From Octopus sinensis (taxonomy: Eukaryota): 63,112 nucleotides of DNA. The DNA lies in NCBI RefSeq assembly GCF_006345805.1, contig NW_021832234.1, positions 1-63,112 of the forward strand, written 5' to 3'. The notes under the pieces are model-generated. The model saw only the letters and a program-made list of their open reading frames with translations. It was not told the origin of the DNA and made no database searches. Below are positions 53,925 to 63,112 of the stretch, one piece after another. How positions within the stretch are numbered: position 1 is the stretch's first letter; every line of letters begins with the position of its first letter. Position numbers and translations under genes: made by a program.

Positions 53925-54195
53925 ATGTGTGGTTAGAGCAGTGGACTCGCAGTTGAGGGATCATGAGTTTGAATCTCAGACTGGGCAATGTGTGTGTTTA
54001 TGTGAGAAACATCTAAGCTCCATGCGGCTCCGGCAGAAGGTAATGGAGAACTTCTGCTGACTCTTTCACCACAACATTCTCTAACTCTTTTCTCCTGCAT
54101 CTTGCAGCTCACCTGCAACGGACTGACGTCCCATCCAGGTGGGGAACCTATACATCAAGGAAACTGGGAAACTGGCCCTTATGAGCCAGGCATCC
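53925..54195 (+). mobile_element. tRNA-headed SINE (family 3/4-related); a related copy lies at 59345-59560 on the minus strand
   Basis: GTGGTTAGAGCAGTGGACTCG A-box, GAGTTTGAATCTC B-box, GGACTGACGTCCCATCCAGG V-like block. Confidence 0.7.
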
Positions 54196-54239
54196 TTCAA
54201 GAAGGAACAAACAACAACATGTGTGTATGTATATTTGCA

Positions 54240-54618
54240 TTTATGTGTATATATATATATACATGTTTATGTATTTCTGTGTTTGAGTGTTTCTATGTAT
54301 CTATGTGTGTGTATTTTTCACCAATTTACATTAGTGTGGGATATAGGCAGACAGTGAAAACAGGTGCTTTTCAAATGAAGGCCTTTGCAATTGAGTGTCT
54401 TGATATTTTTGCAATCAGAAATACAGTAACCTGGCTAACAACATGTTAGTTACCTAAACTATAAGCGCAGGCATGGTGTGTGGTAAGAAGCATGCTCCTT
54501 AACTACATGGTTCTGGATTCAGTCTCACTGCGTGGCACCTTGGGCACATGTCTTGGGCTGACTAAAGTCTTGTGATCTTGTGAGTGGATTTGGTAGATGA
54601 AAACTGAAAGATGCCCAT

Positions 54619-54661
<43 letters not shown>

Positions 54662-54931
54662 GTATTTGTGTGTGTGTGTGTGTCTTGGTGTCTGTGTTTG
54701 TCCCCGACCCCATTGCTTGACAACTGATGTTGGTATGTTTACATCCTCATAACTTAGCAGTTTGGCAAAAGAGACCAATAGAATAAGTACTAGGCCCACA
54801 AAGAATAAATCAATTTCTTCGACTAAAAATCCCTTTAAGACAGTGATCAAGTAAGTGAATAAAAGAATATCGTTCATAAATTGAATTATACAATAAATAC
54901 ATAATAAAACCTGTCAGCTCACTCCTCCTCC

Positions 54932-54967
<36 letters not shown>

Positions 54968-55264
54968 CACACCACTGAAAAATTATCTTTGTGTGTTACT
55001 ACTTCTGTATTGGAACTGGTTAAGAACTACAAATCGTCCATCCACTGTATTCCTTCTCTTATAGTTTCTTGGTGTAACTTCCCTACTCATGTATGTCTAC
55101 AAGTAATTTACCAGTCTGCTACTATTTACCATCATGACTATTGCACCCTTTATTGAGAATTTCCATTTTGACCTCTTGTGCTCCTTCTTTCACACATCTC
55201 ACCCTATACCTTTCATTTATTATATGTTTATATGTATGTATATATATATATCTATATATATATA

Positions 55265-55312
<48 letters not shown>

Positions 55313-55691
55313 GTGTGTGTATATATATATATACATGTTTATGTATTTCTGTGTTTGAGTGTTTCTATGTATCTATGTGTGTGTATTTTTCACCAATTTA
55401 CATTAGTGTGGGATATAGGCAGACAGTGAAAACAGGTGCTTTTCAAATGAAGGCCTTTGCAATTGAGTGTCTTGATATTTTTGCAATCAGAAATACAGTA
55501 ACCTGGCTAACAACATGTTAGTTACCTAAACTATAAGCGCAGGCATGGGTGTGTGGTAAGAAGCATGCTCCTTAACTACATGGTTCTGGATTCAGTCTCA
55601 CTGCGTGGCACCTTGGGCACATGTCTTGGGCTGACTAAAGTCTTGTGATCTTGTGAGTGGATTTGGTAGATGAAAACTGAAAGATGCCCAT

Positions 55692-55740
<49 letters not shown>

Positions 55741-56011
55741 GTATTTGTGTGTGTGTGTGTGTGTCTTGGTGTCTGTGTTTGTCCCCGACCCCATTGCTTG
55801 ACAACTGATGTTGGTATGTTACATCCTCATAACTTAGCAGTTTGGCAAAAGAGACCAATAGAATAAGTACTAGGCCCACAAAGAATAAATCAATTTCTTC
55901 GACTAAAAATCCCTTTAAGACAGTGATCAAGTAAGTGAATAAAAGAATATCGTTCATAAATTGAATTATACAATAAATACATAATAAAACCTGTCAGCTC
56001 ACTCCTCCTCC

Positions 56012-56107
<96 letters not shown>

Positions 56108-56390
56108 CACACCACTGAAAAATTATCTTTGTGTGTTACTACTTCTGTATTGGAACTGGTTAAGAACTACAAATCGTCCATCCACTGTATTCCTTCTCTT
56201 ATAGTTTCTTGGTGTAACTTCCCTACTCATGTATGTCTACAAGTAATTTACCAGTCTGCTACTATTTACCATCATGACTATTGCACCCTTTATTGAGAAT
56301 TTCCATTTTGACCTCTTGTGCTCCTCTTTCACACATCTCACCCTATACCTTTCATTTATTATATGTTATATGTATGTATATATATATATA

Positions 56391-56445
<55 letters not shown>

Positions 56446-56470
56446 TATATAAATGTGTGTGTATATTTAT
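54240..56470. repeat. Near-identical tandem duplication of ~1.1 kb, each unit containing a SINE family 2 copy
   Basis: ACATGTTTATGTATTTCTGTGTTTGAG at 54261 and 55333; units differ mainly by 1-bp indels and microsatellite length. Confidence 0.9.
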
Positions 56471-57274
56471 ATATATATATATATATATTTACGTATACAT
56501 TTATACATAGACACTTATATGCATATATATTTGAGCTCTTTTTCTAGCTCTTCCTGTCTCATCTTTATCTCCTCTATTGCATCCTCCCCCCACTTTCTCT
56601 CTCCCTATCTATCTATCTATTTATCTATCTGTCTATCTCCGTATATGTTTCTGTCTCTCTGCCTTTATAACCTTCTCGCTCTCATAAATTCTCTCTATCT
56701 TCCTCTGTATCTTTCTCTATCTTTTACAGTATCACTTGGGCCCTCTATGGTACATTCACACCCACCTTTATATTGATTTTGATCTCTGAAAAGTGACCTC
56801 TTGGCTGCTATAATAAAATTTTGCTGAATTAATGGCATATTGTCTGGGTGACATACAGACAAGACTCAGTCAGATATGCTGCACACCAATGTATAAGTGT
56901 GTGTGCCTCTGTGTGTATGTGTGCCTCTGTGTGTGCGTGCGTGTGAGGTAGAACAATTTTTATTTTTTTTATTTCGTTCTCTGTTTCTCTCTTATCACTG
57001 CCGGCAAATGGCCTAATTATTCAACAAAGCCAGTGAATAGAACATAAAATATCACAAAAACATTAAAGAAACAAAAAAAAAACCACAGTTACAAAACAAA
57101 CATTAAAACAAAATAAATAACAATCAGTGATGAAGTTAAGTTTTGTTGATAAATTTCCTTCCTTACTGTAACAATCCTGATGAACATTTCCTGTGATGTC
57201 CCCAGTCAGAGACTCTCTCTGATGCTATCTTCAGTTATTCTCTCTATCCAACTTTTCTCTCTCCCTCTCACTTG

Positions 57275-57320
<46 letters not shown>

Positions 57321-57522
57321 GTATGTATGTGTATATATATATATATAGATAAATATGTAATGTACATACATATATATTTCAACATATATAATATATATAT
57401 ATACATTTTTTTAGGTATATACATATATACTTATATACATGTATACACATATTCATATATATTATATTTTATATTGATGTCTGCATACATGTATATATAT
57501 ATATATGTACATGTATGAGTGA

Positions 57523-57569
<47 letters not shown>

Positions 57570-57648
57570 CTTTTTGTTTTTCTGTTTCACTGCCTTACCA
57601 TGAATATAACTGATATTTTGCTCCATCTCTTTCTCACTCTTTCTTTTT

Positions 57649-57679
<31 letters not shown>

Positions 57680-59139
57680 ACTTCCTCTCTTCTCTGTTTT
57701 ACCGCCTTTCTATGACTATAACTCTGATATCTAGTGAAATATCAATATTCTAATGACTTCTCTGGTAGTTTTTATGATCTGTGTGATTTCTAATTCAGCA
57801 AAATTTACTGCTATTCCAAGCAATGAAAATATCAACAAAAACGAATAAAACGAACAAAAAAAGAAAAGAACGGAAAAGAAAGAAAGAAACAAACAAACAA
57901 AAAAACAATAATTCCGAACTATGTTGAACTGGCATCAAAGGAAACAAACATAAACAAACCAATAAAATGGTGATAATGCAAGTAAACAAACAAATGAACA
58001 GACAAACAGACAGACAGACAGATATAAAGAGTATGAAATAAAAACAACAAACAAATAGACATGATAACAAGCAAAGAAAAATAACATACTTCCTTGAGTA
58101 AATAAAATCCCATTTGAAGAGCAATATTATGCATTCTCCTCAAATATCATGCAAACCATTAGAAATTTCATTGGTTTTTATAGAGATTCTGGAAGAGAAA
58201 ATAACTGCTTCGAGTTGATACCATTATCCATTATTCCTGGATGAGGTTGCAGTAGGCTTATTTGATGTGCATTGACCTAGCTACCTGCTGAAATAACAGA
58301 AGCAGTACTTTGTATCCCATCACCAGTATGTACTAACCCTGAGTTCAATACCCAAATACTTAACCCATTTCATTTAACTGCAAATATATATATATATATA
58401 TATACGATCTGAAAGGAAGATTCCAGTGGTAATCAGAGGAAACGAGCCATTCTATATAGTGTGTCACACAAAGTTTAAGACCATACCAAGGTAATTTTTA
58501 CATAGAGAGTTTATTTAACTTTTAAGAAATATTATTGGAGTTGAAGTACCATTGTAAACCCTAAGAATATTAGATAACCAATGTCCCACAGAGTTTATGA
58601 CTAAACTTAGGCACTTAACTCAGGTGAATTAGTTTTAGAAAAGTACAAAGGCTTTGTATAAATATGAAGGATATGACAGGAAGCAGGGGAAGAAGTGCAA
58701 AAATTACAATTTTTCAACATGCAGTTGACAGTAGCTGAACTAAAATTGATTTTGTGTATGTAAGTATATATATACATGTATATATATACATGTATATATA
58801 TACATGTGTATAGATATAATATATATATATATATATATATACATACACGCACACACACACACATATATATATATATGAGTGTGTGTATGTATGTGTATTT
58901 GGAAAAAATTTATCTTTCTACTTGTTCTTTATATATATATATGTGCATGTGTATATATGTATAAGTATATATATGTGTGTGTGTGTGTGCGTGTGTGTGT
59001 GTATGTATGTATATATGTATATATACATATGTATGTATGTGTGTATATATTTATTTTTCTTTTCCTTGAGTTTTTATTGTACAAACAAAATCAATGTACT
59101 ATGTATGCATATGTATATATGTATGTATATATGTGTATG

Positions 59140-59185
<46 letters not shown>

Positions 59186-59299
59186 CATATATGTATGTAT
59201 ATATATACATGTATATATATACATATATATATATATACATACATACAAATGCATACATATATACATATATATGCATAAATATATATGCATAAATGTATA

Positions 59300-59335
<36 letters not shown>

Positions 59336-59593
59336 CATGTTTGTTTCTTCCTTCTCAAGCCATGCCTGGCTCATTATGGCCGGTTTTCCGGTTTCCTTAG
59401 TGTATATGTTCACCACCTGGACCATCACAGATGAGCTGCAGGAGGAAAGAGTGAGAGAAAGTTGTTGCGAAAGAGTCAGCAGAAGTTCGCCATTACCTTC
59501 TGCCAGAGCCGCACGGAGCTTACATGTTTCTCTCATAAACACAGGCATCACCATGTGCCTCCACACACACACACAGACATATATATATATATA

Positions 59594-59855
59594 TCACGTG
59601 ACCACGTGACTGACCAGACCATCAGATGTTGTTACACATCGCTGGTCACAATGTGTTCGCATTATTTTAGCCTTTGAATGACGCCACCCCGCTGGCTAAG
59701 TGAGCAGGCCAACTGAAGAAAGAGTGGGAGAAAGAGTGGTGAAAGAGTACAGCAGGGATCACCACCCCCTGCCAGAGCCTCATGGATCTTTTAGGTGTTT
59801 TCGTTTAATAAACACTCACAACGCCTGGTCAGGGAGTCGCTGCCCTAACTACTGA
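59594..59855 (-). mobile_element. SINE family 4 with deleted head, abutting the RTE 5' junction
   Basis: Collinear with 62549-62843. Confidence 0.8.
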
Positions 59856-61238
59856 GTTGATAGCTTCCGTTATCTAGGTGACCAAGTCAGTAGTGGGGGT
59901 GGGTGCGCTGAGAGTGTAACTGCTAGAATAAGAATAGCCTGGGCAAAGTTTAGGGAGCTCTTACCTCTGCTGGTGACTAAAGGCCTCTCACTCAGAGTAA
60001 AGGGCAGACTGTATGATGCATGTGTTCGAACTGCCATGCTACATGGCAGTGAAACATGGGCCGTGACTGCTGAGGACATGCGTAAGCTCATGAGGAATGA
60101 AGCCAGTATGCTCCGATGGATGTGTAATGTCAGTGTACTTGCTCGACAGAGTGTTAGTTCCCTAAGAGAAATTGTTGTACCTAAGAAGCATCAGTTGTTG
60201 CGTGCAAGAGAGACGATTGCGATGGTATGGTCATGTGGCGAGAATGGATGAAGATAGGTGTGTGAGAAAGTGCCAATCCCTAGCAGTTGAGGGAACCCGT
60301 GGAAGAGGTAGACCCAGGAAAACCTGGGACGAGGTGGTGAAGCACGACCTTCGAACATTAGGTCTCACCATGGAAATGACCAGAGACCGAGACCTATGGA
60401 AGTATGCTGTGCGTGAGAAGACCCGGCAAGACTAGTGAAGCCATAACCCGTGGCCCCTACCTGGGACGTAGTCAGTCCGCCTGTGCATACCTTCCTGCTT
60501 GTGACACTTGAGAAGACCTGTTGAGGCAAATCAAATCAAAGTCAAATCGAATCAAGTCAAACCAAATCAAAATAGATGAACATCAATGGAATTTGTATCC
60601 TTGTGGTACCAGTGCGGTGGCACATAAGAAAACCATCCGAACGGGACCGTAGCCAGTACCGCATCGACTGGCCTCCGTGCTGTGGGCACGTAACAAACAA
60701 CCGTCCGAGCGTGGCCGTCTGCCAGCCTCGTCTGGCACCTGTGTCGGTGGCACATAAAAACACCATCCGAGCGTGGCCGTCTGCCAGCCTCGTCTGGCAC
60801 CTGCGTCGGTGGCACATAAAGACACCATCCGAGCGTGGCCGTCTGCCAGCCTCGTCTGGCACCTGTGTCGGTGGCACATAAAAACACCATCCGAGCGTGG
60901 CCGTCTGCCAGCCTCGTCTGGCACCTGTTCGGTGGCACATAAAAACACCATCCGAGCGTGGCCGTCTGCCAGCCTCGTCTGGCACCTGTGTCGGTGGCAC
61001 ATAAAAACACCATCCGAGCGTGGCCGTTCGCCAGCCTTGTCTGGCACCTGTGTCGGTGGCACATAAAATCACCCACTACACTCTCGGAGTGGTTGGCGTT
61101 AGGAAGGGCATCCAGCTGTAGAAACACTGCCAGATCTGACTGGCCTGGTGCAGCCTTCGGGCTACCCAGACCCCAGTCGAACCGTCCAACCCATGCTAGC
61201 ATGGAAAGCGGACGTTAAACGATGATGATGATGATGAT
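59856..61238 (+). mobile_element. RTE-type LINE 3' fragment: RT C-terminus (one frameshift near 60170), 3' UTR with 62-bp array, (GAT)n tail
   Basis: VDSFRYLGDQVSSGGGCAESVTARIRIAWAKFRELLPLLVTKGLSLRVKGRLYDACVRTAMLHGSETW...RRLRWYGHVARM...RGRGRPRKTW...W is diagnostic of RTE-clade ORFs; stop at 60435. Confidence 0.92.
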
Positions 61239-61254
61239 ATATATATGTGTGTGT

Positions 61255-61625
61255 GTAGGCACAGGCATGGCTGTGTGGTAAGAAGTTTGCTTCTTAATCA
61301 CATGGTTCCAGATCCAGTCCTACTGTGTAGGACCTTGGGCAAATGTCTTCTACTATGGTCTGACGCCAACAAAAACCTTACAAGTGGATTTAGTAGAAGA
61401 CTGTTATATATATGCATATATTTTCAAGTATTTGTGTGTCTATTGTGCTTGTATTTTGTCCCCCACTACTGCTGGACAACTGGCGTCGATGTCTTTTCAC
61501 TATCATAAGTTGTTAGTTAGGCAAAAGGGACCTACACAATAAGTACCTGGCTTAAGAATAAAACAGTACAGGGGTCGGTTTGTTTGACTAACATTCTTCA
61601 AGGCAGTGACCTAACTGAAACAGGT
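61255..61625 (+). mobile_element. SINE family 2, degenerate
   Basis: GGCATGGCTGTGTGGTAAGAAGTTTGC head, GACCTTGGGCAAATGTCTTC core. Confidence 0.75.
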
Positions 61626-61644
61626 ACAAGATTATATATATATA

Positions 61645-61678
<34 letters not shown>

Positions 61679-61813
61679 CATACATACATACATACATACA
61701 TACATACATACATACATACACACTTGGAAATGGATGTGCCATGTTCAATTAAAATGAAAAATAATAATATAATATATATACATACACACACACACACCCA
61801 CACACACACACAC

Positions 61814-61869
<56 letters not shown>

Positions 61870-61873
<4 letters not shown>

Positions 61874-62232
61874 CAGGCAAATATGGGTACAGGACGTCAC
61901 CAGCAGTGCAAATAACAGGAAATACGTAAACTACAAGACAAATGGATAAGCGGACAAGTAAACACCGAGAAAAGACCCGTCATCAGTTCTCGGCTGTCTA
62001 TCTAGTCCGCATTTCGAGCATTTAATGATAATATGATTCTTTAGACAGCTGGTCCCATATATTCTAAAATAAAATTTAGGATTTATGGAGGGTCAAAGTT
62101 GGGAACAAAAAGAAAATGACAGTGGAGACATACAAGGAAACTGAACGGAAACGAACATGGAGGGTCGTTGGACCAGAATGAAAGGAAAATAGTGAACTCT
62201 GGGAGAAATATCTTTTGGAAAAGAGAAAATGT

Positions 62233-62266
<34 letters not shown>

Positions 62267-62450
62267 AGTGAGAAAGAGAGAGAGAGAGAGAGACAGCCGA
62301 CAACTGATGAAAGGTCTTTTCTCTGTTTTTACTTGTCCTATTCTCCATTTTTTCTCGTTCATGTATTTCACTCGTTTTCCCCTCGTTTGTTTACGCATTT
62401 CATGTTATTTGCACTACTGATGGCGTCCCATACCCATATATGCATGTATA
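61870..62450. repeat. Diverged inverted repeat (arms ~135 and ~160 bp), both outer ends abutting (TA)n
   Basis: Revcomp of 61870-62003 aligns to 62290-62450 (GACAGCCGA.AACTGATGA..GGTCTTTTCTC ... TGTTATTTGCACT.CTG.TG.CGTCC..TACCCATAT). Confidence 0.75.
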
Positions 62451-62548
62451 TATATATATGTATATTATGTATATTATGTATATTATATTATTTTTATTAT
62501 ATTTTATTATATATATATATAATATATATATAATATATATATATAATA

Positions 62549-62843
62549 TCACGTGATCACGTGACCAACCAGGCTATCAGATGTTGCTACACATCGCTGG
62601 TCACAATGCGCTTCGCATTGTTTTAGCCTTCAAATGACGCCACCCCCGCTGGCTAAGCGAGCAGGCCAACAGAAAAGAGAGTGAGAGAAAGTTGCGGCAA
62701 AAGAGTACAGCAGGGATCGCCACCATCCCTGCCGGAGCCTCGTGGAGCTATAAGTGTTTTCGTTCAATAAACACTCACAACGCCCGGTCTGGGAATCAAA
62801 ACTGCGATCCTACGACCGCGAGTCCGCTGCCCTAACCACTGTA
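62549..62843 (-). mobile_element. SINE family 4, near full length
   Basis: Revcomp head CAGTGGTTAGGGCAGCGGACTCGCGGTCGTAGGATCGCAGTTTTGATTCCCAGACC. Confidence 0.85.
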
Positions 62844-62886
62844 TGTATGTATGCATGTATGTATGTCCTGAATGATTTCCATGAGA

Positions 62887-63065
62887 AGGCGTATCGCTCA
62901 GTGGTTAGAGCGTCGAGCTTACGATTGTGAGGTTATGAGTTCGATTCCCTGACCAGGCTGTGTGTTGTGTTCTTGAGCAAGCCACTTTATTTAACATCGC
63001 TCCACTTCACTCAGCTGTAGAAATGAGTTGTGATGTCACTGATGCCAAGCTGTATCGATGGCATG
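62887..63065 (+). mobile_element. SINE family 3-related copy
   Basis: GCTCAGTGGTTAGAGCG A-box, GAGTTCGATTCCC B-box, TGTGTTCTTGAGCAAGCCACTT block. Confidence 0.75.
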
Positions 63066-63112
63066 GAGAGGGGAGACTTGTATGCATAGCTGACTGCTTG
63101 TCTTCCATAAAA

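Noticed and set aside
60700-61068. 62-bp GC-rich array resembling a CRISPR
   Set aside because: No unique spacers, no cas genes, eukaryotic context, and it lies within an RTE 3' UTR.

Overview
AT-rich, repeat-saturated eukaryotic DNA. The very long (TA)n/(CA)n/(GATA)n/(TATG)n tracts and the SINE/LINE repertoire suggest a coleoid cephalopod such as Octopus (inference). I could not confidently identify any host protein-coding gene: most ORF-track entries are translated microsatellites or retroelement UTRs, and only a few low-confidence exon candidates remain. The window contains four tRNA-headed SINE families (one as recurrent dimers/trimers), two RTE-type LINE 3' ends with hairpin-bearing 62-bp arrays, and two R4/Dong-type LINE fragments next to (TAA)n. 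It also has several Penelope-like (PLE) remnants including an open GIY-YIG reading frame, mariner-, hAT- and piggyBac-like MITEs, and two local tandem duplications. The best unusual signal is at 30.4-31.9 kb: two adjacent, dissimilar PLE-type termini each carry a minimal type I hammerhead ribozyme with the compensatory U3:A8 core. In both, the inverted terminal copy starts inside the ribozyme. Coordinates were read by eye and may be off by a few to tens of bases at element edges.
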